NCBI RefSeq assembly: GCF_018350175.1
Contig: NC_058369.1
Span: 6,946,001-7,010,000 of the forward strand
Source of the DNA: Felis catus
Taxonomy: Eukaryota
Length of the DNA stretch: 64,000 bases
Reading direction: 5' to 3'
Shown: positions 49,796 through 61,158 of the stretch, in pieces
How the letters are laid out: the number at the start of each line of letters is the position of its first letter
Numbering within the stretch: the stretch's first letter is position 1
Program-made: the position numbers and the translations under genes
The notes under the pieces: model-generated
Databases searched by the model: none
Told to the model about the DNA's origin: nothing
Seen by the model: only the letters and a program-made list of their open reading frames with translations

Positions 49796-52700
49796 TGCAT
49801 GCATGCACACACACGAGCAGCGGTGAGGGGCAGAGAGAGAGGGAGAGTGAGAATCCCAAGCAGGCTCTGTGCACTGTCAGCACAGAGCCCAGTGCAGGGG
49901 CTTGATCCCATGATCCACAAGATCATGATCTGAACTGGAATCAAGAGCCAGACACCCCATACTACAAATATTTTTTCCCAATCTGTGGCTTGACTGTTCA
50001 TTTTGTTTAAAGTTTATAGCAGCTTTATACATAATTGCGCAACTGTTTTTTTTGGAATTGAGGTATAATTGACAAAACGTTAGTTTTAGGTGTACAGTGT
50101 AATGATTTGATATTTGTGTGTATTGTGAATTGAACACCACAATGAGTCTCTAGTTAACATCATTGCCATACAGAGTTACATTTTTTTTTCTTGTGATGAA
50201 AACTTTCCAGATCTACTCTCTCAGCTACTTTCTTTTTTTTTCCCTCGAAGTATAACAAACACAACGTTACAGTAGTTTGGGTACAAAAACCTATTCTGTG
50301 CTCACAAGTGTAGCTACCATCTGTGACCATACAGTGTGTTACAGTATCTTTGACTATATTCCTTATTGGTACCCTTCTCTAGCAACTTTTAAATATATAC
50401 TACAGTATTAATAACTAGTCACCATGCTGTGCATTGTATCTCCATGATTTACTCATTTTATAACTGGAACTTTGTACCTTTTGATGCTTTTCACCCATTT
50501 CACCCACCCTCTGATTCAGGCAGTCTGTTCTTTGTATCCATGACCTATTTTGTTTTGTTTTTTGAGATTCCACATAGAAGTAAAAATAGATATTTAGCTC
50601 TTTCTGTCGGATTTATTTCACTTTGCGCAATGCCCTCAAGGTGAATCCGTGCTAGCAGATGGCTAGAGTTCATTTTTTTAAAAAGTTTATTTACTTATTT
50701 TGAGAGAGAGAGAGTGAGAGAGAGAGAATCCCAAACAGGCTCTGCGCTGTCAGTGCAGAGCCCAATGCGGGGCTCTATCTCATGAACCATGAGATCAGGA
50801 CCTGAGTTGAAATCAATAGTTGGATGTTTAACCCACTGAACCATCTGGGCACCCCACTTGTAAGATTCTTTTATGTGTTTCAGATATTAACTCTCTATCA
50901 GATATATGATTTGCAAATATTTTTTTGTTAGGTTGCCTTTTAATTTTTTTTTTTAATGTTTATTCATTTTTGAGGGAGAGAGAGAGAGACAGGGCACTAG
51001 CAGGGGAGGGGCAGAGAGAGGGGGAGACACAGAATCCAAAGCAGGCCCCAGGCTCTGAGCTGTCAGCACAGAGCCTGACATGGGGCTTGAACTCATAAAC
51101 CATAAGGTCTTGACCTGAAGTCAGACACTTAACCGACTGAGCCACCCAGGCACCACGCCTTTTCATTTTGTTGATGGTTTCCTTTACTGTACAGAAGCTT
51201 TTTAGTTTGGTGCAGGCCCACTTATTTTTGCTTTTGTTTTGTTTTCCGTGTCAAATCAGAATTGCCAAGACCAGTGTCAGGGAGCTTACTGCCTATGTTT
51301 TGTTTTAGCTTTGTGGTTTTGGGTCTTACATTCATGTCTTTAATCATTTTGAGTTCATTTTTGTGTATGATGTAACATAGTGGTCCAGTTTCATTCTTTT
51401 GCATGTGGCCATCCAGTTGTCCCAACGTTATTTATTAAAGAGGCTGTCCTTTCCTTGTATATCCTTGGTTCCTTGTCATAAAGTAATTGACTGTGTATGT
51501 GTGCCTTTATTTCTGGGATCTCATTTCTGTTTCATTGATCTTTGTGTGTTTTATGCTAGACTATTTTCTTCATGATTTTGTTTGAAAATTTGTATTTTTG
51601 GTAAAGGCCAATTTAATGATTTATTAATATTCTGTGTCTAGACTAAAATACTGTTGTGTAACTTAAGGTTGTTAAAATATTTTCTATGGTTTTTATGTTG
51701 TGGTTTCTGTTTCATCTCAGAAAGGTTTTTTTTTTTTTTAAATCTTTTTTTTTTTTTTTTTTTACTTTTTTTTTTTTTCAACGTTTATTTATTTTGGGGA
51801 CAGAGAGAGAGACAGAGCATGAACGGGGGAGGGGCAGAGAGAGAGGCAGACACAGAATCGGAAACAGGCTCCAGGCTCTGAGCCATCAGCCCGGAGCCTG
51901 ACGCGGGGCTCGAACTCACGGACCGCAAGATCGTGACCTGGCTGAAGTCGGACGCTTAACCGACTGCGCCACCCAGGCGCCCCTCAGAAAGGTTTTTAAT
52001 TCAAGTTGTTGCTTATGCAGTGATAAAAGATAATGTAAAGTTCCTGTTACCCACTGAGTTCTTTCAGTGGCTTTTTTTTTTTTTTTTTTTTTAAGTAATG
52101 TCTACACCCAGCATAGAGCTCAAACTCAGGACCCTGAGATTAGGAGCTACATGGTCTCCCAACTGGAACCAGCCAGGTGCCCTTGGTACCATTTGTTTGT
52201 TTAATGTTTGTTTATTTTATTTTATTTTATTTTATTTATTTATTTTTTTAATGTTTTTATTTATTTTTGAAGGATAGAGAGACCGAGCATGAGCAGGGGA
52301 GGAGCAGAGAGAGAGGGAGACATAGAATTTAAAGCAGGCTCCAGGCTCCGAGCTGTCAGCCCAGAGCCCGACGCGGGGCTTGAACTCATGAACTGGGAGA
52401 TCATGACCTGAGCCAAAGTCGGACGCTTAGCCGACTGAGCCACCCAGGCGCCCCTAATGTTTGTTTATTTTTGAGAGAGAGCACACATGTGAGCTGAGGA
52501 GGGGTAGAATGAGAGGGGACAGAGGATCTGAAGCAGGCTCTATCCAGTCTCTGAGCTGTCAAGACAGAGCCTGATGCAGGGCTTGAACTCATGAATCATG
52601 AGATCATGACCTGAGCCGAAGTGGGACGCTTAACCACTCAGTACCATTTGTTAAAAAGACTGCTTTCCCTACTGAATTGCTTTGTTCTTTTAATGAAAAT

Positions 52701-52950
52701 CATTTGTACACATGTAGGTTTGTTTCTAACTCTGTTCTGTTCTAATGACCTGTTTGTCTGTTACTTATTCCATCCATTACTGTGATAAAGTTAGTACAAA
52801 TCCTCTACGTTTGTTTTTCTTTCTTAACATTGTTCCTGCTCTTCTATATCTTTTGCATTTTGGTTCACATTTTAGATTTGGTCTGTAAACTCATTTTTTT
52901 TTTTTATTTGGGATTACTGTGAAATGAAAATAAGATTACTTGTTGAAAGC
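48850..52950 (-). mobile_element. Mosaic of old antisense L1 fragments and at least 7 antisense SINEs (about 49740, 50675, 50945, 51726, 52072, 52200, 52455)
   Basis: Decayed L1 ORF2/3'UTR motifs; SINE 51726-51983 has TSD tcagaaaggttttt. Confidence 0.85.
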
Positions 52951-53763
52951 GTAATGATGAGACAGTTTTTGATTTGGGAAAAACTGGCAAGATTTTTACA
53001 TGGTTTTTAGGCAACTGGAAGGTCAGGTTGCCTGGTAGGCTTTTCTTGAATATAAATACTCCTTTTGCAGCTGAGTTTGGGAGGTTACCAGTTGTGTGCA
53101 GACTGGTCTTGCCAATTACCTTCAGAGAGGAGGTGAATGGTTGGAATGAATCATCCAAGGTTGGTCCTTTGGCTGGTAGGAATTATATGGGCAGAGAGTC
53201 ATAGAAGTGACGGATATTGATGATGACTTCCCGCTGGGTAGGCAGGGTGGTGAGAGGAGGAATTTGCTGTTAAGAGAGGAAGATGGAAGCAGCATGGGTG
53301 GCCTGGAATCCTCTCTCAAGTGAGAGAGGTCGTGTGAGAAGAGTGTCGGAGAAGAGGTTTTTGTCCAGAGAGATTTTGGAATCATTGCCTGCCAGGTGAA
53401 GGTGATTCCAGTGATGACACGGCCTGGGCTGTGGCCAGGGTGTGTGTGTGGGTGTGGAGTGAGTGGCCAAAAGGCACTGGAGGTTGGAACGCGTGGCTGT
53501 AGGTGGACCGACCCTGCGGCTTCTAGAACCATCCTAAACCATGGTAAGCCTTGAAGTTGAAAGGAAGACAAGTCTGGAGCCCAAGTGTTTAACAAGTAAA
53601 GGAGTCTGATGGAGTTGTGCTTGGCAACAGATCACACGGGAGAGTGGATCTGAATCTTATTAGGCACATCAGGGACCTTCTCCACATTGGCCCAGAGGAC
53701 TCACCTGAGTAAGATAAAGGCCCAAGATCAGACAGAACTTGCTGCTCCAAAGAAGAGATGGTG

Positions 53764-53985
53764 GGGGCACCTGGGTGGCTCAGTCGGTTAAGCGTCTGAC
53801 TTCGGCTCAGGTCATGATCTCACAGTTCGTGAGTTCGAGCTCCGCGTCGGGCTCTGTGCTGACAACTCAGAGCTTGGAGCCTCCTTCAGCTTCTGTGCCT
53901 CCCTCTCTCTCTGCCCCTCCCCTGCTCATGCTCTGTCTTTCTCTGTCTCAAAAATAAATAAACATTAATTAAAAAAAAAAAAAAC
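53764..53985 (+). mobile_element. Can-SINE
   Basis: TSD aagagatggtgg. Confidence 0.93.
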
Positions 53986-54166
53986 CAAGAGATGGTGGAA
54001 AAGCAAAGTCAGAATTGTCCTGTGAGCGGAGAGGTGGGAAGTCTTTGTCCTACTGGTCTTTTTCTCATTTACTACAGATGCCTGCTCGAAGAGTCCCGTG
54101 ACAGCGAGAGGGAAGCCTCCTGCTGCCAGTGCCCTGTTCTGGCAGACTGACTGTCGTTCTCACAGG

Positions 54167-54197
54167 ATGGCAGCTCCTGGTCTGTCTCCCACGTGTG
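54167..54197 (+). CDS. ZNF317: ZNF317 start-codon exon (exon 54078-54197; 31 coding nt)
   Basis: Acceptor tttactacag at 54077; aggATGG; MAAPGLSPTC+G|gtaagt, similar to the human ZNF317 N-terminus MAALSPT as recalled. Confidence 0.88.
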
Positions 54198-54581
54198 GTA
54201 AGTTCCTGGGGTGATAATGAGTGCCCTCAGAAGTCATGCGTAAGTGGCCCCTGGACTTCCCGGAGATCAGGGGTGTGCATGGCTAGGGGGAGGTCTGCCA
54301 GGAAGGGTGGAGGAACTGACAAGCGGTGGGGGCAGAGTCCTGGGAGCCCCCCACGTGACTGTGTCTGACTTGTGAGTTTGGGTGAAGTAGGGATTGTGTG
54401 TGGTTGGTGTGTAAGGAAAGACAGGTCGTGGGTAACCCTGTTACCTATTTATTATTACTGTTATCGTTATTATTAAATATTTTATCTGTAAGTAATCTCT
54501 ACTCCCAGCATGAAGCTCAGACTCATAGCCCTGATATCAAGAGTTGTGTGCTCCACTGACTGAGCCTGCCCGACACCCCTG

Positions 54582-54613
<32 letters not shown>

Positions 54614-54923
54614 GTTATATTTGTTATTTATCCCGTATTATTGTGAAAAATCTGAGCCAAGTAAACGCTCTACCTGCTAGAGCTTTAATTTCTTCACTCA
54701 TTGGTTGAGAGCGTGTACTGCTTTTTTATGGGTATGTCAGCCTGCCATCCTTTCCCCTGTCCCTGAGTGGGGCAGGGCTCCTCTGGCCTGTTACAAGACA
54801 TGGTGTGTGTGAGACAGACGAGGATAGGCACTGCACACCTAGCACACTTACAGTTGCATGGGCAGCTTCCTGATCTGTGAGTGTCGGGCAGGCTTTAATC
54901 CTCATGGATCCACTCCTCTCCAG

Positions 54924-55060
54924 CTGCATCCATCCAGGACCCTGCCTATATCCAGGAGCCAGGGATTCATCCCTCCAGAGACCATTCCTGTCCCCAGAAT
55001 GTGGACCTGTTTGATTGCAGTGGCCTGGAGCCTCCTGTGCCAACCAGTGTGGGTTCTCAG
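54924..55060 (+). CDS. ZNF317: ZNF317 coding exon 2 (137 nt)
   Basis: ctctccag|CT...TCT CAG|gtagaa; reads (A)ASIQDPAYIQEPGIHPSRDHSCPQNVDLFDCSGLEPPVPTSVGSQ. Confidence 0.9.
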
Positions 55061-55462
55061 GTAGAAGATCTCTGGGCCTCTGGGGGGTGGGAGAGGCACT
55101 TCCCTAGGATGCCCCCAGTGCCACCTGTTAGAATTCTTTTAGAGCCTCACCCAGGCTGATCACTGCCTGATCAGGGCGCAGGAGAAAAAGCCAGAGACAG
55201 GTGCAAGGCCGTCCTGGTATCGGGGACGTAAGGGGAAATGACTAACGTAGCAGGTGTTTCTCTCATAATACAACTCAGAATGCTCAGGCCAGGCTAGAAG
55301 TGGAGAGATTTGGCCCCAGGTCAGCAGTGTTGCATGTGATGCGATGAGATCACCTCCTAGTGAAGAGTCCCCAGAGCCCCATCTGGAAGTCCTGTGTTCA
55401 GAGTCTCTCATGCCCAGCCTCAGTCCATCTCTGTGGACACAGACGGGCTGGTTTCTTACTGA

Positions 55463-55660
<198 letters not shown>

Positions 55661-56061
55661 TAAGTACTTGCTGTGACCCAGGGACTGTGGGGATTTGGAA
55701 CACAATGTGAACAAGCCGTTCTCATACTCCCCCGCCCCCCATGGTGACCCCCAACGGTTGCCGAGACCTGCCCATTGCATTGACCTTGGAGGTCATCAAC
55801 TGTGTCTGAGCCTGGGCATAGGTTTCTGAGTTGAGCAATCTTCATTCTTTTGAAGGGCAAAGCGTGTCGGTGTTTGTGGCTTTGTGTTTTATGAAAGCCT
55901 TTCACTGTGTTTCTTAGAAATTGGGCACCACCATTTCGCTGCTCCTAAGTCAGACTTGTCCACCTTCAGAGCACTGAAGATCAAAACATTGACCCCAGCC
56001 TAACGGAAGGGGTTGTCCTCTGCACGATCCTCCCCCAACATGTGTCTTTCCCCGTGAGTAG

Positions 56062-56157
56062 GGTATCAGGTGGGCAAACCCAGCCTCATCTCCCACTTGG
56101 AACAAGAAGAGGAGCTGAGGACAGAGGAGAGGGGACTTCACCGAGCCACATCTCCCG
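56062..56157 (+). CDS. ZNF317: ZNF317 KRAB-B exon (96 nt)
   Basis: gagtag|GG TAT...CCC G|gtaagc; reads (G)YQVGKPSLISHLEQEEELRTEERGLHRATSP. Confidence 0.95.
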
Positions 56158-57629
56158 GTAAGCACCAGGCAGACATGGGTGCTTCTGGGCACCTGCTTTA
56201 CTCAGTGATGCCGGGCAGGGAGGTCCATGAGGAAATGTCAGCCAGGGAAATCTGAGAATGCCCCTTATCCATTTTCGCACAAGTCCTTTGGTCTCACTGT
56301 CCTCTCCTATGTATGTATGTCTGTGTTTTTTCCTTTTCTCTTCCTTTTATCTATCTGCTGACTGACTTACTCACTTATTGGTTTACTTACTTTCCACTGA
56401 GATACTAACTGTGTTAGTTTCAGGTGTACAACATAGTGACTCAATATTTGTATGTATTGCAAAGTGATCACCACAGTAAATCTGATTAACATCCGTCACC
56501 ACACAGGTACAAAACAATTTTTTTCTTGTGATGAGAACTTTTAAGATTTACTGTCTTAACTTTTTTGTTAAATTTATTTTGAGAGAACGAGTTGGGGAGG
56601 GGTGGAGAAAGCGTGAGGGAGAGAGAATCCCAAGCGGACTCTGCACCCTCAGTGCAGAGCCCGACGTGGGACTTGATTCCATGAACGATGAGACCATGAC
56701 CTGAGCCGAAATCAAGAGTCAGACATTTAACCAGCTAAGCCACCCCACTCCCCTCTTAGCACTTTTCAGTATAATACAGACTTATTAATTATAGTCACCA
56801 TGCTGTACCCTACAGCCCAGGACTTACTTGTTTCCCAACTGGAAGTTTGTACCTTTTGACCCCCTTCACACCTATTTTGCCCACCCGCCACCTCTGACAA
56901 CCATCACAGTCTGTTCTCTGTATCCACAAGCTCAGTTCTTTTGTTTTGTTTTGTTTTGGGTGGTTGTTTTGTTTTGTTTTGTTTAGATTCTACATAGAAG
57001 TGAGATCATGCAGTCTGTCTGTCTCTGTCTTATCTTAGCATTATGCCCTCAAGACCCATCTGTGTGGTTGAGTGGGAAGATTTCCTTCTTTTTATTTTTT
57101 TACGGCTGAATAATAATCTACTGTGTGTGTATGCCACATTTTCTTTATTCATCTGTCAAAGGACACTTAGATTGATTCCATACCTCGGCTATTGTAAATA
57201 ATGCTGCTGTGAACGTGGGGGTGTGGATATCTTTTCAAGGTAGTGTTTTTGCTTTCTTTGGGTAAATCCCCAGGAGCAGAATTGCTGGGCTTCGTGTGTA
57301 AATTTGACCTGTCCACATGAGCTTTGTCCCATTCTTTCATACTCTGCACCCCTGATTGTACCCTTCTGTTGTTATCCGTGTTACTCTTTAAAGAGTTATT
57401 CCTTAGTGAATCTAGTTAAGTGTCTCCTCCGCCATCACCAGGTATCTCACAGAGCCACATTGCACAGGCATTTTTATCCCCATGTGTGTTCTTCCTTTCA
57501 ACATTGCTTTTCCTTCTTTAAGGTTAGTTTTGCAAAGAAATCCCCGTTTTCATCAGCTGTCATCTCACTGTTTTCTTTCTCCAGCCAACATTTCTTTCCT
57601 CAGGTTAATATTTTTCCAATTTGTTGCAG

Positions 57630-57712
57630 ATTGGGAGACTCCATCTAAAAGCAAATGGTCCATTCTCATGGAAGACATTTTTGGCAAGGAAACACCCCGT
57701 GGTGTGACAGTG
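57630..57712 (+). CDS. ZNF317: ZNF317 spacer exon (83 nt)
   Basis: ttgttgcag|AT TGG...ACA GTG|gtaagg; reads (D)WETPSKSKWSILMEDIFGKETPRGVTV. Confidence 0.93.
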
Positions 57713-58147
57713 GTAAGGTTTCCATGGGATGATCCCTGGTTTTCCAGACGGGAGAAGGCTGGGCCAGCCTGTTAGAAAAGCAGCTCAGGAGCCAGCGAGT
57801 GGTATTCCCTGAGAGGCACCTGTTTCAGACACTGTTTCCCACAGCTTTGGGGGAAAACCCTAAACCTAGCCTCAGATAATGAGCGTTGGGGTTCAGTTCA
57901 GGTTTAAACAGTAAACAGTAAAAGCTTTGTGAACGTTACTCATGTGGGGCCTCAGGGCGTAGCCTCCACCGTTTCATTTGCTAGACCCCAAGTGGGACGT
58001 GAACAGTACTGTTGCACTCCAGTCACAGCGTCATTGGTCATAGCGCCTGTTTCTACTCCTGTGAGTGTACATGGGGAGGACTGGATGGCTCTTAGGGGCG
58101 TGGGGAGCTGTGGGAAACGCCCTAGTCACTCCTCTCTCAATCAGCAG

Positions 58148-59467
58148 GAAAGAACGCGTCTTGGGGAGAAACCCGCCGAGTACACTCACCTGTTTGAAGT
58201 CTTCAGCATGGGCACCCACCTTACCCAGCAAATGGGAAGGCACCCTGGCAAGAGGCCCTATCACCGGCGGGACTGTGGGGCGGCCTTTAAGAACAGGTCA
58301 CCTCTAACCCAACACGTGAGCATTTACAACGGGAGAAAAATGCACGAATGCCACCAGTGCCAAAAAGCCTTCACGACGAGTGCTTCCCTCACGCGGCACA
58401 GGAGGATCCACACTGGGGAGAAGCCCTACGAGTGCAGTGCCTGCGGGAAAGCCTTCAATGACCCCTCCGCCCTTCGGAGTCATGCACGAACTCACCTCAC
58501 TGAGAAGCCCTTTGACTGCAGTCAGTGTGGAAACGCCTTCCGAACCCTCTCCTCCCTGAAGATACACATGAGAGTTCACACCGGGGAGAGACCTTACAAG
58601 TGTGATGAGTGTGGGAAGGCTTACGGCAGGAGCTGCCACCTCATTGCACACAAACGGACACACACTGGAGAGCGACCGTATGAATGTCACGACTGTGGGA
58701 AAGCCTTCCAGCATCCCTCACACCTCAAAGAGCATGTCCGAAATCACACTGGAGAGAAACCCTACGAATGCACGCAGTGTGGGAAAGCCTTCCGATGGAA
58801 GTCGAACTTCAACTTGCACAAGAAGAACCACATGGTAGAGAAAACGTACGAGTGTAAAGAATGTGGGAAATCCTTCGGCGATCTCTTGTCACGGAGGAAG
58901 CACATGAGAATTCATATTGTGAAGAAACCCATCGAATGTAGACAGTGTGGGAAGGCGTTCAGAAACCAGTCCATCCTGAAGACGCACATGAATTCCCACA
59001 CTGGAGAGAAGCCGTATGGGTGTGATCTGTGTGGGAAAGCCTTCAGTGCAAGCTCAAACCTGACCACACACAGGAAAATACACACTCAGGAGAGACGCTA
59101 TGAATGTGCTGTGTGCGGGAAAGTGTTTGGGGATTACTTGTCCCGGAGGAGGCACATGAGTACTCATCTCGTAAAGAAACGTGTTGAGTGCAGGCAGTGT
59201 GGGAAAGCCTTCAGAAACCAGTCCACCCTCAAGACACACATGAGAAGTCACACAGGAGAGAAGCCGTACGAGTGCGATCACTGTGGGAAAGCCTTCAGTA
59301 TAGGCTCAAACCTGAACGTGCACAGGAGGATACACACCGGGGAGAAGCCCTACGAGTGCCTGGCCTGCGGGAAGGCCTTCAGCGACCACTCATCGCTTCG
59401 CAGTCATGTGAAAACTCACCGGGGAGAGAAGCTCTTCGTGTCTTCTGTGTGGAAAAGGCTCCAGTGA
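58148..59467 (+). CDS. ZNF317: ZNF317 zinc-finger exon, 13 C2H2 fingers (whole protein 597 aa)
   Basis: aatcagcag|GAA AGA ACG; fingers and the C-terminus [16 protein letters not shown] recognised as ZNF317; TGA at 59465-59467. Confidence 0.96.
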   Translation, partial: ERTRLGEKPAEYTHLFEVFSMGTHLTQQMGRHPGKRPYHRRDCGAAFKNRSPLTQHVSIYNGRKMHECHQCQKAFTTSASLTRHRRIHTGEKPYECSACGKAFNDPSALRSHARTHLTEKPFDCSQCGNAFRTLSSLKIHMRVHTGERPYKCDECGKAYGRSCHLIAHKRTHTGERPYECHDCGKAFQHPSHLKEHVRNHTGEKPYECTQCGKAFRWKSNFNLHKKNHMVEKTYECKECGKSFGDLLSRRKHMRIHIVKKPIECRQCGKAFRNQSILKTHMNSHTGEKPYGCDLCGKAFSASSNLTTHRKIHTQERRYECAVCGKVFGDYLSRRRHMSTHLVKKRVECRQCGKAFRNQSTLKTHMRSHTGEKPYECDHCGKAFSIGSNLNVHRRIHTGEKPYECLACGKAFSDHSSLRSHVKTHRGEKLFVSSVWKRLQ

Positions 59468-59824
59468 TGCGTCTGCCTTCAGGGAAACACGAGAGCTCAG
59501 ACGGGGCCCAGTTGGTGTCATGGCTGGGAAAGACTTGTTTTTCCTCATCACTGTGGGCATTCGCGAGAACTCATGCTAGGGGGCAAAACTATACCTGTGG
59601 TATGCAGGAGTCAGGTGCGCATTCAGCTCTTAAAGAATGAGAACTTAGGGAGAGAGACCGTAGCTTGGTATTTAATGTCAGAATGACCTTAGCACCACCA
59701 GCACCTTCTGGGCATACGAGCGAGCGCACCAGGGACTTAATGGTCTCACACCGTATTCTTGATGAACAAAATCATACTAAAGAGAAAAACCTATAAAATA
59801 GGAATGTGGGAAAGTCTATAAGAG

Positions 59825-59990
59825 AGGTCAGCAAACTGGCCGACTGTCTATTTTTGTATGGCTTGCAAACTAAGAATAGTTGATAACATTTTTAAAGAAG
59901 AAAAACATGTGGCAAACACCACATGTGACTCACAGAGCCTAAAACACCTACTTTCTGGCCCTTTACAGAAAAACCCAGCCAGCCCTTGGT
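59825..59990 (+). mobile_element. MER58-like hAT element in the ZNF317 3'UTR
   Basis: ggtcagcaaact...ctggccctttacagaaaaa...gccagccc, MER58 motifs as recalled. Confidence 0.7.
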
Positions 59991-59995
59991 CTACA

Positions 59996-60160
59996 GGAAC
60001 AGTTCTAACCTGGTGGTGATTTTGCTTATCTGGAGACATTTTTGATTGTGAAAACTGGGCGGGGGGTGGGGTGCTACTGGCACATAATGCCCGGGAGCCC
60101 CTGCAGGAGAGAATTATGTGGCCCCAAATGTCAGTATTGCTGAGGTTGAGAAACCATGGC
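59996..60160 (+). mobile_element. MER20-like hAT element in the ZNF317 3'UTR
   Basis: tctggagacatttttgattgt...gtgctactggca...gaattatgtggccccaaatgtcagtattgctgaggttgagaaacc. Confidence 0.78.
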
Positions 60161-61148
60161 CTACAACAATCGCTCAGTTTTTATGAGACGTACTCACACT
60201 AGGAGACATTTCTGTTTAAAACTTCAAAAAGCCTAGCCAATGGAATTCTTTCAGGAAACATGAGAACCCACACCGCGGATGGCCCGCGTGTGGAGATGAT
60301 TTTAGCCGCATCCCCGTCACTTGTGCTCGTGAGAATTCATACCCTGATGGAATTTTCTAGTGAATCATGAAATTGCATTTGTCAGTCTTTCATCATGAAA
60401 ACAGACCCTCACTCATTAATTTGTAGTCTTTATTCTTAAGATCATGCTCCTCTAACACTTGGGCTTCATTACAGGTTTGTATATAGTATTATTATAATTT
60501 CATCTTTGATATGTGTTCATTTCCTTTTGGATAACTCCCTTGACCAATGGACTGTTTGGCATTGTGTTAAATGCTATGTAACATGTGGGTTTTTTTAGTA
60601 CCTGTCTGTTACGAGTGTCTAAGTCAGATGCGTTGCTATCAGGGCATGATGTCTTCATCAGATGGATCCTCTGGAATGTTCTGGGCCTCCTGTCCCTGCA
60701 GGAGTGACATACACTTCTCGTTGCTGTCCCGGTGTCTCATCTTTCACATCAAGAAAATCCAAGTTTTGTCAGATTACTAGGATACCCTAGTTTTAGAAGT
60801 CTCTTAACGAGTTTTCCACAACTATTACAGTCTTTATGTCACAGCCTGGCCATTGACTGATAAGCAGATGTCACTGTATGGGCTGTTGACAAGAGAGCTC
60901 TTGAAAAGGGATTTTTCTTACCTGCATTCTTCTACAGATTTTGTTTTTGTTCTTTTCCCTACTTCTCACCTTGCAAGGAGACCAAGTACCTAGTGTTCAA
61001 AGATACGTCTTGTGACCATGAGGCTGCAAGCCACAGGCTAAAGAGGATCCTGCAGAAAAGGCACAATGATCCTGGCCCCTCCAGTCACTTCTTTGTCGAC
61101 ACTAGCCGTGGATATATTATTTCCAGACTTCCTATTACATGAGAAAAA

Positions 61149-61158
61149 AATAAATAAA
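61149..61158 (+). terminator. ZNF317: Candidate ZNF317 poly(A) signal (two overlapping AATAAA) in an MLT1-like LTR (about 60960-61250)
   Basis: aataaataaa about 1.7 kb after the stop codon; context ccagacttcctattacatgagaaaa...aataaa...ttaagc resembles an MLT1 3' end. Confidence 0.45.

Noticed and set aside
57929..58147. N-terminal extension of the 512-aa ORF as ZNF317 coding sequence
   Set aside because: Non-ATG start; lies inside the intron defined by the donor at 57713 and the acceptor at 58147.
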